In this document: positions 1 through 8,644 of the stretch, in pieces
Numbering within the stretch: position 1 is the stretch's first letter
Layout of the letters: each line of letters starts with the position of its first letter
Notes under the pieces: generated by a model
What the model saw: the letters and a program-made list of their open reading frames with translations, nothing else
Databases searched by the model: none
Told to the model about the DNA's origin: nothing
Translations under genes and position numbers: made by a program
Assembly: GCA_018500045.2 (NCBI GenBank)
Contig: JAHBAQ020000042.1
Span: 1-29,034, forward strand
DNA: 29,034 nt
Direction of reading: 5' to 3'
Source: Candidatus Shapirobacteria bacterium
Lineage (GTDB): Bacteria > Patescibacteriota > Microgenomatia > UBA12405

Positions 1-127
1 ACGGAGTTAAGCGTGGGCAAGAAACAATAAAAGAATGTTTGGATTGGAGACGAAGTCGAAGAGAGGAAATGGATTTTTTGATGATCGTATAAGAATATTT
101 TTTACCGGCGAGAATTATAGTCTCCAT
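1..127 (-). CDS. N-terminal fragment of a probable YgjP/DUF45 (M48-like metallopeptidase family) protein, running off the window start
   Basis: Not in the ORF track. ATG at 127 on the minus strand opens 42 stop-free codons: METIILAGKKYSYTIIKKSISSLRLRLQSKHSFIVSCPRLTP. This resembles DUF45 N-termini (Y-x-I...S-I-x-L-R...V-S-x-P). TAAAAT lies 8 nt upstream. The HExxH motif is not visible. Confidence 0.45.
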   Translation of the reverse strand, partial: METIILAGKKYSYTIIKKSISSLRLRLQSKHSFIVSCPRLTP

Positions 128-165
128 ATTTAGGTATTTTAAAGCAAAAATGATATATTTATCTT

Positions 166-609
166 ATGAAGAGAATTTACGTGGGAGCGGACCATCGAGG
201 ATTTAAGTTGAAAAATGAAATAATTGAAACTTTACGAAGGAATGAATGGGTGGTGACTGATGTAAGTGAAAAATATGACCCTGATGATGATTACCCGGAT
301 GTAGCGGTAAGTTTGGGAGAAAAAATAGTGGCGGAAAAAACTTTAGGGGTGTTGATTTGTGGATCGGGAGCGGGTGTGTGTGCGGCAGTAAATAAGGTCG
401 AAGGAGTACGAGGAGCAATGGCACTGAATGCCCGACAAGCGAGAAAAATGCGGGAAGATGATGATATAAATGTGTTGTGTTTGTCGGCTGATTTTGTAAC
501 TCCTGAAGAAAATAAAGAGATTGTAGATGAATTTTTGAAGGCAGTTTTTGTGACAGAAGAAAGATTTATTCGAAGAATTAATAAAATTAGAAAATATGAA
601 ACAACTTAG
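166..609 (+). CDS. rpiB: Ribose-5-phosphate isomerase B
   Basis: GADHRG N-terminal motif, DDYPD, catalytic CGSGAG, AVNK..GVR, DDINVLCL, RFIRRINKI; 147 aa. Confidence 0.93.
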   Translation: MKRIYVGADHRGFKLKNEIIETLRRNEWVVTDVSEKYDPDDDYPDVAVSLGEKIVAEKTLGVLICGSGAGVCAAVNKVEGVRGAMALNARQARKMREDDDINVLCLSADFVTPEENKEIVDEFLKAVFVTEERFIRRINKIRKYETT

Positions 610-1645
610 ATCGGTAGAAATGGTGCCGGAAAATGTGAATGTAATTTTGAGAATGGATACTGATTTGCCTTTTGAAGGAGAAACTATTTTGGATGATAGT
701 CGACTTAAAAAAACTATTCCGACAATAAGATATTTACTGGAAAAGAATTGCAAAATAATAATTTTAGGGCATAGAGGTAGACCTGAAGGAAAGGTAGCTT
801 CTGAGTTATCATTAAAACCAGTTTATGTGGCTTTAATGGAGTTATTACAAGATGGCCAACAATTAATTGACAGTGTGTTTGTGGATGATATTAAAGATGA
901 AAATAAAATTGGTCTGGCGGTAAAAAATAATCAGATAATTTTTGGAGAAAATTTAAGATTTTGGAGTGAAGAAGATGCAGGTGATACTTCCCTATTTGGA
1001 GTGATAAAAAGATACACCCAAGCTTTGGTAAATGATGCGTTTGCAGTGGCTCATCGGAAGAATGCATCGATAATTTTACATCGAGAAATGGAAACTTATT
1101 ATGGATTTAGTTTTGCTGAAGAAGTAGAAAAAATTAGCCAGATTTTAGAAAAAGAAGAAAGACCAATGATAATAATTTTAGGAGGAGCAAAGGAAGATAA
1201 ATTGAAATACATCGATGATTTATTAAAAATTGCTGATCATATATTAATTGGTGGTAAATTACCTAAGTTAGTTCAAAACCCCTCCCCCGCTTCGCGGGAC
1301 CTCCCCTTGACAATGGAGGCAAAAATTGTGGTGGCAAAATTGAGGGAAGACGGATTGGATTTGAGCGAAGAAGATATCGTAAAATTTAGTGAAATAATAA
1401 GTAGTTCAAAAACTATAATTTGGTCCGGGGCTATGGGATTTTATGAACAAGAAAATAGTCGGATTGGGACTCAAAAAATAGCGCAAGCGGTGGCAGATTC
1501 TTTGGGTCAAAAAATAATTGCTGGAGGGGACACGAGTGCTTCAATTAAAGATTTAGGGTTAAAAAATAAAATTGATTTTATTTGCTCAGGCGGTGGTGTA
1601 ATGTTAGAAATGCTTGTTAAAGGTGACTTGCCAGCGTGGAGTTAG
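596..1645 (+). CDS. pgk: Phosphoglycerate kinase, compact form with an in-frame repeat-derived segment
   Basis: RMDTDLP, GHRGRP, ENLRF, NDAFAVAHR, GGAK, WSGAMGFYE, AGGDT, SGGG motifs; located upstream of gap. Confidence 0.93.
   Translation: MKQLRSVEMVPENVNVILRMDTDLPFEGETILDDSRLKKTIPTIRYLLEKNCKIIILGHRGRPEGKVASELSLKPVYVALMELLQDGQQLIDSVFVDDIKDENKIGLAVKNNQIIFGENLRFWSEEDAGDTSLFGVIKRYTQALVNDAFAVAHRKNASIILHREMETYYGFSFAEEVEKISQILEKEERPMIIILGGAKEDKLKYIDDLLKIADHILIGGKLPKLVQNPSPASRDLPLTMEAKIVVAKLREDGLDLSEEDIVKFSEIISSSKTIIWSGAMGFYEQENSRIGTQKIAQAVADSLGQKIIAGGDTSASIKDLGLKNKIDFICSGGGVMLEMLVKGDLPAWS
1275..1320 (+). repeat. Two-hairpin GC-rich repeat, copy inside pgk
   Basis: AAAACC CCTCC CCCGC-TTC-GCGGG ACCTCCCCTT-GAC-AATGGAGGC; same layout as 26539-26584. 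Confidence 0.65.
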
Positions 1646-1671
1646 AAGATTATTTAGTATAGAATTAATTT

Positions 1672-2709
1672 ATGACGAAAGATAAAAAAGTAGTAATTGG
1701 GATTAATGGTTTTGGGAGAATTGGGAGCGTGGTATTGAGAGCTATATTGATGGAAAAATATGAGGTAGAAGTTGGAGCGATTAATACGACCGGACAATTT
1801 GATATAGAAACATTTGCTCTACAATTTAAATATGATTCAGTTTATGGGAGATTTCCGGCAAAAGTTGGTTTTTCTGAGCCGGAAAAAGCTGGTGAAATTG
1901 GCAGATTAAATATCGGCGAGAGATCAATTCCTTTTTTGGGGGAAATGGACCCGGCAAAAATAAAATGGAAAAATTATGATGTGGATGTAGTGTTGGAATG
2001 CACAGGTGCTTTTACGGATAATAAAGCTTTGGCTCACACTAAGGGTGGGGCAAAAAAAGTAGTAATTTCAGCACCAGCTAAGGATCCGAAGATTCCAGTT
2101 TATATTTTGGGGGTGAATGCAGATAAATATAAAGGTGAAGCATTAGTTTCTAATGGATCATGTACGACTAATTGCGTAGCGCCGATTGTAAAAATTATTG
2201 ATGAAAAAATTGGTTTTCAGGAAGGGACATTGACGACGATTCACGCTTATACAACTAACCAAAATATTGTTGACGGAAATGGCAAGGATCCGCGACGAGC
2301 CAGGGCAGCGGCAATTAATATTGTGCCGACCTCAACCGGAGCGGCTGAGGCAGTGATTGCGGCGTATCCGGAAGCAAAGGGAAGATTTGGCGGAACAGCA
2401 ATTAGAGTACCAGTAATTTGTGGGAGTTATTCTGATCTAACTTTTAAATTAGTAAGGAAAACAACAGTCGAAGAGATTAATTCAATTTTGACTGAAGCTA
2501 GTATGACACCAGAGTTAGTGAGTAGATTAAAAATTTCTTATGAGCCGTTGGTTTCTTCGGATATTTTGGGGAACAGTGCGTCTTGTGTCATCGATACAAT
2601 GATGACTAAAGTAATTTCGGATGATATGGTAACTATTGGAGCGTGGTACGATAATGAGTACGGCTATAGTTGCCGACTAATTGAAAATGCAATTTTGATA
2701 TGCAAGTAA
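1672..2709 (+). CDS. gap: Type I glyceraldehyde-3-phosphate dehydrogenase
   Basis: GINGFGRIG, catalytic SCTTNC, TIHAYT, PTSTGAA, RVP, WYDNEYGYS. Confidence 0.97.
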   Translation: MTKDKKVVIGINGFGRIGSVVLRAILMEKYEVEVGAINTTGQFDIETFALQFKYDSVYGRFPAKVGFSEPEKAGEIGRLNIGERSIPFLGEMDPAKIKWKNYDVDVVLECTGAFTDNKALAHTKGGAKKVVISAPAKDPKIPVYILGVNADKYKGEALVSNGSCTTNCVAPIVKIIDEKIGFQEGTLTTIHAYTTNQNIVDGNGKDPRRARAAAINIVPTSTGAAEAVIAAYPEAKGRFGGTAIRVPVICGSYSDLTFKLVRKTTVEEINSILTEASMTPELVSRLKISYEPLVSSDILGNSASCVIDTMMTKVISDDMVTIGAWYDNEYGYSCRLIENAILICK

Positions 2710-3332
2710 TTCCAACAATTTTAGAAAAAAGTTTTGCTGAAGCTGAGGTAAAAGTTTTGGCGGTTAAAGATTTGGTAAAACGAATTCAGGTTGATGTAAT
2801 CGACGGAGCTTTTAGTTTTGGAAAAACTTTTGAACTAGAGTTAATTAATAGGATTGAAAATGTGGATAATGTTTTATGGGAGACACACTTGATGGTGAAA
2901 GAACCGATAAATTGGATAGAGAAATCAATTCATATAAACGCGACTCGGATTATTGGACAAGTAGAAATGATGAGTAATCGAGAAGAATTTATTAATAAAG
3001 TAAAAAATGCGGGCTTGGAGGCAGGTTTGGCTTTTGATATAGAAACTGAAATTGAGGAGATACCTGAAGAAACTGATGTAGTTTTACTACTGGGGCGAAA
3101 GTCTGGGTTTGGAAGTTATCCAATGGAAGATAAAGTATATAAAAAAGTTGAACAATTAGTTGAACTACAAAAAAAAAAGGGGTTGGATTTTTTAATAGGA
3201 GTTGATGGCGGAATAAACGAGAATAATATTAAAAAATTAGAAGATATGGGAGTAGGTGTTGCATATTGCGGTGGAGCAGTCTTTAATGGTAAGGTAGAAG
3301 ATAACTTAAAAAGATTAAATTATGCTAGCTAA
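2700..3332 (+). CDS. rpe: Ribulose-phosphate 3-epimerase
   Basis: QVDVIDG, HLMV, VDGGIN motifs; 210 aa; pentose-phosphate operon context. Confidence 0.88.
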   Translation: MQVIPTILEKSFAEAEVKVLAVKDLVKRIQVDVIDGAFSFGKTFELELINRIENVDNVLWETHLMVKEPINWIEKSIHINATRIIGQVEMMSNREEFINKVKNAGLEAGLAFDIETEIEEIPEETDVVLLLGRKSGFGSYPMEDKVYKKVEQLVELQKKKGLDFLIGVDGGINENNIKKLEDMGVGVAYCGGAVFNGKVEDNLKRLNYAS

Positions 3333-3951
3333 AACTAATAAAATCATAAAACGAGTGGCGATATTTGGTGATGCCGATGCAAAAAAAACGGACCAACATT
3401 TTATTGATGCTTTTAACACAGCAAAATTGTTGGCAGAAAATGGTTACATTGTGGTGAATGGGGGTGGTCCAGGAGTAATGTTAGCAGCCACATTAGGAGC
3501 TAAGGCTGGTGGTGGTCGAGTGGAAACAGTAATCATTGATCCAAAAAGAAAAATGAAAAATTATGAAGGATTTAATGCAGAAAACCATGTGTTGACTGAC
3601 AAAGAATATAAGACTAAAAACTATCCTGATAGATTAAATAAATTGATTGAAGTGGGTGATGCTTTTGTTGTTTTTAATGGTGGCGTAGGAACGTTGTCTG
3701 AAGTTGGTTTAACCTGGCAAATGGCAAAATTTGAATACGGAGACCACGAACCGTTGATTTTTTTTGGGGAAGAGTTGGCTGAGTTAGTATTAGGTTTGAT
3801 TGAAAAATTGAAATATGATCCGGTAGAAAAGAAACTTTACCAAACAGTTTATACTCCAGAAGAGGTGTTGGAGACAATCAAAAACCGAAAAGGCAAAACG
3901 GAAAACAAAGATACCGGGTTGATGGGAAAGTTAATGAAATGGTTTAATTAA
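3322..3951 (+). CDS. LOG-family (nucleoside-monophosphate phosphoribohydrolase-like) protein
   Basis: NGGGPGVM, an Arg in YPDRLNKL, and GGVGTLSE (the PGGxGTxxE motif); overlaps rpe by 11 nt. Confidence 0.82.
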   Translation: MLAKTNKIIKRVAIFGDADAKKTDQHFIDAFNTAKLLAENGYIVVNGGGPGVMLAATLGAKAGGGRVETVIIDPKRKMKNYEGFNAENHVLTDKEYKTKNYPDRLNKLIEVGDAFVVFNGGVGTLSEVGLTWQMAKFEYGDHEPLIFFGEELAELVLGLIEKLKYDPVEKKLYQTVYTPEEVLETIKNRKGKTENKDTGLMGKLMKWFN

Positions 3952-4906
3952 TCACTTCCGGCCGAGAGTTGTATTTAATTTTCAAAGGAATGGTTTGTTG
4001 ATTAATAATCTCATTTTTGGTTAGTTTAAGGTTAATTATTTGAGAAGTCGAAGTTTCAGTGGACCAATTTTGATCAAAAATAAAATTGCCTAAAGAATAA
4101 AAAATAGGCTTGTTTTGGTAAATTTCTGAAGGTTGTAAAACATGAGGGTGGTGACCATGAATAATATCAGCCCCAACATCAATCATTTGATGGGCTAATT
4201 TTATTCGCCAACTTTCAGCTTGAGGAAGATATTCATTACCCCAATGAATAGAAACGATTAACCAGTCAACTTGAGAATTGTATTTTGAAATAAGGTTAAG
4301 AATTTTTTGATGGTTAATTTGGGGATTAGAAATCAAATCAAAACCTAAAATACCAAATTTAATGCCATTTATTTCCGTTTGATAAAATTCAGAACTGGAG
4401 TCGTGAGAATAAACATAACCGGTGTCTTGACCAGAAAGAAATTTTTTGGTTTGTTCAAAACCGTTTTGTCCATAGTTAAATATATGATTATTGGCTAAAT
4501 TAAGGATAAATTTATTTTGTTTTAATTGAGGTAAAAATCTTGAGTCACCACAAAAGGTAAAAGTACCAGTTTTACCTTCAGGACAATCATTAACGATGGG
4601 GCTTTCTAAGTTAGCTAAGTTAAAGTCATTTTGCTGAAGAATTGATGAAACTCCGGAAAAACTCCAAGAAAAATCATTTTTTTGTCTGGCGGTAGAAGTA
4701 ATAAAACGACCTAAACCAAGATCACCAACCAATCCTAAGGAAACTGGAGGAATAATAGTGGGGATTTTAGTGGGTATTATTTGGGAAATTATTTTGGGTA
4801 AAGAAACTGAAGAAGTCGGAGATAAAATCGGTGAAGATTTAACTGTTTTAAGATAGAAAAAAACAGAGAAGAAAATGATGACGATAAAAATTAATATTTT
4901 TTTCAT
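3944..4906 (-). CDS. CapA-family (poly-gamma-glutamate synthesis-like) metallophosphatase-fold exported protein
   Basis: N-terminal hydrophobic anchor and Pro/Ser linker; VGD, NLESP, LANNH, SIHWG, GHHPH, YSLGNFIF. Confidence 0.88.
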   Translation of the reverse strand: MKKILIFIVIIFFSVFFYLKTVKSSPILSPTSSVSLPKIISQIIPTKIPTIIPPVSLGLVGDLGLGRFITSTARQKNDFSWSFSGVSSILQQNDFNLANLESPIVNDCPEGKTGTFTFCGDSRFLPQLKQNKFILNLANNHIFNYGQNGFEQTKKFLSGQDTGYVYSHDSSSEFYQTEINGIKFGILGFDLISNPQINHQKILNLISKYNSQVDWLIVSIHWGNEYLPQAESWRIKLAHQMIDVGADIIHGHHPHVLQPSEIYQNKPIFYSLGNFIFDQNWSTETSTSQIINLKLTKNEIINQQTIPLKIKYNSRPEVIN

Positions 4907-4955
4907 TGAAGTTAATTAATTATAGACCGATAAGTTTTTGGTAAACTAGAGACAC

Positions 4956-5765
4956 ATGCAGAAGTGGGGATTGTTTTTGATAATTTTGATTTCAGGCCTG
5001 TTTTTGGGCGGGTGTTCTCTGTCGAATAAAAAATCAGCGATTGAAATTAATAGTTATCCGGTGGCTAAGGTATTTATTGATGGTAAGGAAATGGGATTGA
5101 CGCCTTATAGGAATAGGTCATTAAGTCCTGGAGAAATTGAAGTGAGGCTTGAAGCTAACGGAAAAAATTGGACAAAAAAAATAAAATTACAAAATAATAT
5201 TAGCACGGTAGTTGACTGGGAGTTTGGTGAAACCAATGAAACTTCTGGAGGTTACGTACTTTATTTGGAAAAAACTGGTGACAAGAAGAATGCCGGGCTG
5301 ATGGTAAATACCATACCGAATAAGTCAACTGTAACAGTTGATAACGAAGTTAAGGGCTTGTCCCCGATTAGAATAGTCAATATTGGTGAAGGAGACAGAC
5401 ATTTGGCGTTGAGTTTTCCGGGGCATAAAACTTTGGATGTGTTTATGAAATCATTAAGGGAATACCAGTTGGTGGTTGATGCGATTTTGGTTGAAGATAA
5501 GGTTGAGGTAACTCCAGAGGAAATTAAACAAGAAAATCCTGATTTAGTGTCAGCTCCAGTGACAGTAAAAGTTAAAATTAAAGAAACTGAAACCGGGTGG
5601 TTAAGAGTAAGAGAGTCGAGTTCTTCGGCAGCAAAGGAAATTGCAAAAGTTAATCCGGGAGCAACATATTCGATGTTAGAAGAAAGCCGTGATTGGTTTA
5701 AAATTGATTTGGGTGGTGGGCAAAGTGGTTGGATTTCGACTACCTATGGCGAGAAAAGTGAATAA
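4956..5765 (+). CDS. PEGA-domain lipoprotein with C-terminal SH3b domain
   Basis: Lipobox-like LGGC; two PEGA-like repeats (INSYPVAKVFIDG..G.TP; VNTIPNKSTVTVDN..G.SP); WLRVR..WFKI SH3b. Confidence 0.8.
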   Translation: MQKWGLFLIILISGLFLGGCSLSNKKSAIEINSYPVAKVFIDGKEMGLTPYRNRSLSPGEIEVRLEANGKNWTKKIKLQNNISTVVDWEFGETNETSGGYVLYLEKTGDKKNAGLMVNTIPNKSTVTVDNEVKGLSPIRIVNIGEGDRHLALSFPGHKTLDVFMKSLREYQLVVDAILVEDKVEVTPEEIKQENPDLVSAPVTVKVKIKETETGWLRVRESSSSAAKEIAKVNPGATYSMLEESRDWFKIDLGGGQSGWISTTYGEKSE

Positions 5766-6795
5766 GAACTGTAAAAAAGATTAAAGCAAAAGCAATAAAG
5801 ACATAGAGTTTTTGAGAGCTGTCGAGAAATAGAGAGATTATTCCCAATATAAGGCTAAAAGACCAATAGAGTAAAGCGATGGATCGACGACTCCAACCGC
5901 TTTTAAGTAATTGGTGATGAAAATGTTGACCGTCACCAAGGTAAATTGGTTTGTGATTAATCAGGCGACGAATAATGGCATAAATAGCATCGATCATAGG
6001 AATAGCTAAAAGGAAGATAAGGGTGGCAACCTTGGCTCCGGAAAGAATGGAGAGAACAGCTAAAAAAAATCCGGCTAAACTTTTGCCACTATAACCAGGC
6101 ATAACAGTTTGAGGGAAAAAATTAAAAGGGAGAAATCCAAGATAAGCACCGCAAACGGCTCCGGAAAGAATAATGACTGACCATTGAGTGATATCAGAGG
6201 AATATTTGAATCCTAAAATACCGATAAAAAAAGCAGCGATAGCGGTGAATCCGGGGAGTTGACCATCAACTCCAGTAGCCCAACCAACAATATTCATACA
6301 CCAAACTATCCAGATAACCGCTAAAAGATCGGACAAAACCCAAATACTATGGTTGCCAAAAAAATCAAAATTAATTTTTAAAAAAGACAGATCAATAACG
6401 CCAGATCCGAGAGGATTAGAAAGATAAGCAATACCGATACCGGAGCCGACGATAATCAAAGCGACAAAAATATTACTACAAAGCCTAAGAATAGGACTAA
6501 TATCTTTTAAATCATCCCAAATACCAATAATTAAAACAACTAAACCGGAAAGAAGAATACCAACAAGATGTTTGTCTAAAGGTAAGAATAAAAGACAAGA
6601 GATTAGTATGGCGAAAAAGATTGGAATTCCCCCACCCCGGGGAACACTAGAAATAGCGGTGGCATTGTGAGTTTTTTGATTTTTTTCGACCGGGTTTTCA
6701 ATCCAATTATGTTTGATAAAAAAATTTCTGACTAAAGGAGTGGTGATTATTGAAAGAATGAATGAAATCAAAATAACCCAAAAAAAATTTTCCAT
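5740..6795 (-). CDS. GT4-family polyprenyl-phosphate sugar-1-phosphate transferase (WecA/TagO-like) with degenerate motifs
   Basis: About 10-11 TM segments; VPRGGG, GIWDD, GVDG, HFHH. Confidence 0.85.
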   Translation of the reverse strand: MENFFWVILISFILSIITTPLVRNFFIKHNWIENPVEKNQKTHNATAISSVPRGGGIPIFFAILISCLLFLPLDKHLVGILLSGLVVLIIGIWDDLKDISPILRLCSNIFVALIIVGSGIGIAYLSNPLGSGVIDLSFLKINFDFFGNHSIWVLSDLLAVIWIVWCMNIVGWATGVDGQLPGFTAIAAFFIGILGFKYSSDITQWSVIILSGAVCGAYLGFLPFNFFPQTVMPGYSGKSLAGFFLAVLSILSGAKVATLIFLLAIPMIDAIYAIIRRLINHKPIYLGDGQHFHHQLLKSGWSRRSIALLYWSFSLILGIISLFLDSSQKLYVFIAFALIFFTVLIHFSRHR

Positions 6796-6798
6796 AAA

Positions 6799-7179
6799 TT
6801 AGGAAATTAAAAATATGATTTTAAATAGGGTTATGGTAATTAAAAATGAGACTAATAAAGAGGTGGTAACAGAAAGACGAGACAAGAGTGGTAGGTTTTT
6901 AAAAAAGCTGACCGAAAAAAGACTATCAATAAATAAAATGACGATAGAAATAGTAGGTAACATAAACAAAGAGGAGTTGTTGGCAAGTTGGGAGTCCCCC
7001 CAAGGAAGAGAATAGTAAAGTGGTACTTGGGGAGGAAGCAAAGTAAATTTCCAGGATAAAATACCAATCTGAAGACAAATTAAGAATAAGTTCCATCTAA
7101 AAACGCGTCCATTAATTTTTTCTTGCCAAAAATGACCTAGATTAGCTAATGGTTGAATGACAGAATTTAAAAAAGGCAT
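6799..7179 (-). CDS. Small membrane protein, DUF1648-like
   Basis: Three hydrophobic segments; LPPQVPLYYSLPWG...LFMLP pattern; tightly packed in the operon. Confidence 0.55.
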   Translation of the reverse strand: MPFLNSVIQPLANLGHFWQEKINGRVFRWNLFLICLQIGILSWKFTLLPPQVPLYYSLPWGDSQLANNSSLFMLPTISIVILFIDSLFSVSFFKNLPLLSRLSVTTSLLVSFLITITLFKIIFLIS

Positions 7180-7180
7180 A

Positions 7181-8629
7181 TTATCTTTTTTGAAAAACTA
7201 AAACTGATGAGTCGAAAACTTGGTTTAGAGAATAATAATTCTGAAGAAGATTATCTAATTGTTCAAAAGGACGATTAGTCATAGGATAGTAAACAACAAA
7301 TTTGGGCAAATTGGCTTTGAAACTATCAATGGTTTCTTTATAACCATTAAAATCGATAATATGGTAAGCAACTGTATAACGACCAACAGGTAGTCGGTCT
7401 GACATAGCATAAACATATGGTTCGTCACCCCAAACAAAAATACGATCTTCCGGGTTGGTGTTTTCTTTGATAAGATGAGAAATTTTTTCATTAGTTTCAA
7501 CCCGAGGGCCAAATGATTTGAGATAAGAAGTATTATCTTTGGATAAATAAAAATTAAGATAATATTTAATATTTGGATAAAAATAAAAATTATATTTTTT
7601 GATAATAAAAATAACAAAGAATAAACTTAGAATAATTAAGCCTATATTGGCAATTTTGTTTCTGGTAAAGAGAAAAGAAATTAATAAGATTAATGGTGGA
7701 ACCATCTGAATTAGATAATGAGGATAAGGGCGAGTGGAAAGTAAAACACCAAAAATAGTAGCGGTTAGCCAAAAGGAAACAAAAGTAATTTGAGGAGAAA
7801 TAATCTTTTTAGATTTAAGAAAGAACAAAATTAACCAAGATAGAAGAAGAATAATTAAACGATTGACTAAGCCTCCGCTACTAGCTGAGGCTGTTTGAGT
7901 ACCGGTAGCCCAAGATGAGAGATAAGAAAAATTCTGAAGAAGAGCGGAACTTAAAAAAGGGATTAAGGCGTGAAGATAATAAAAATAAAAAAGATATATT
8001 AGGGTGGGAATTAAAAATCCAATACCAAGCAAAAAGGCCCGAAAAAATAAGGTCCAAAATTTTTGTTTGAGGTTATCAAAATCTTGAATAAATATCCAAA
8101 TAACTAAGAAAAATATCTCAATAAAAACGGGAATTTTAATAGTAAAAGCCAAGCCCAACAATATACCGGAGATTAAGTAATGAAAATTCTTTTTGGCATT
8201 GAGAAAAAATAAAAACCCGACAATGGTAGGTAAAATCATAAAAATTTCAGCATTAGCAATATTTCCTTCAATAAAAGGAATGGAAGTTAAAATGACAAGA
8301 ATAAAAGTGGAAATTTTGGCGACTTTAGGTTTAAAAAAATGAAGACAGAGTTTGTAGAAATAAATAATAGTAGGAATCATGACGAGGCTAAGTAAAAGAC
8401 GGAAGCCAAAAACAGTCTGACCAAGGGCGGCTAAATAGTATAAAGTTGGTGGCTTGTTATCGTGAATTTGTTGATAAAGAATCAGACCTTTTCTGATTCC
8501 TTGACCTAAAGTTAGATAAATACCTTCATCGCCATACCAATAAGGTTCAAAAAGAGAAGGAAGGCGAAGCAAAAAGAAAAATAAAAAAGTGATAATCCAA
8601 AATTTATTTTTGGATAGAAAATTAATCAT
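7181..8629 (-). CDS. GT-C fold (ArnT/PMT-like, GT39/GT83-type) membrane glycosyltransferase
   Basis: YGDEGIY in the first loop, HDNKPP, many TM helices, C-terminal soluble domain (IFVWGDEPYVY). Confidence 0.8.
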   Translation of the reverse strand: MINFLSKNKFWIITFLFFFLLRLPSLFEPYWYGDEGIYLTLGQGIRKGLILYQQIHDNKPPTLYYLAALGQTVFGFRLLLSLVMIPTIIYFYKLCLHFFKPKVAKISTFILVILTSIPFIEGNIANAEIFMILPTIVGFLFFLNAKKNFHYLISGILLGLAFTIKIPVFIEIFFLVIWIFIQDFDNLKQKFWTLFFRAFLLGIGFLIPTLIYLFYFYYLHALIPFLSSALLQNFSYLSSWATGTQTASASSGGLVNRLIILLLSWLILFFLKSKKIISPQITFVSFWLTATIFGVLLSTRPYPHYLIQMVPPLILLISFLFTRNKIANIGLIILSLFFVIFIIKKYNFYFYPNIKYYLNFYLSKDNTSYLKSFGPRVETNEKISHLIKENTNPEDRIFVWGDEPYVYAMSDRLPVGRYTVAYHIIDFNGYKETIDSFKANLPKFVVYYPMTNRPFEQLDNLLQNYYSLNQVFDSSVLVFQKR

Positions 8630-8644
8630 TTAGTTAATGATAAC

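Noticed and set aside
3-92. Plus-strand open frame at the window start
   Set aside because: No recognisable motif; the minus-strand frame from 127 has a start, a promoter and a family resemblance
1307-1312. TTGACA inside the repeats (also 19930-19935) as a portable -35 promoter
   Set aside because: No acceptable -10 hexamer at 16-18 nt spacing in either copy
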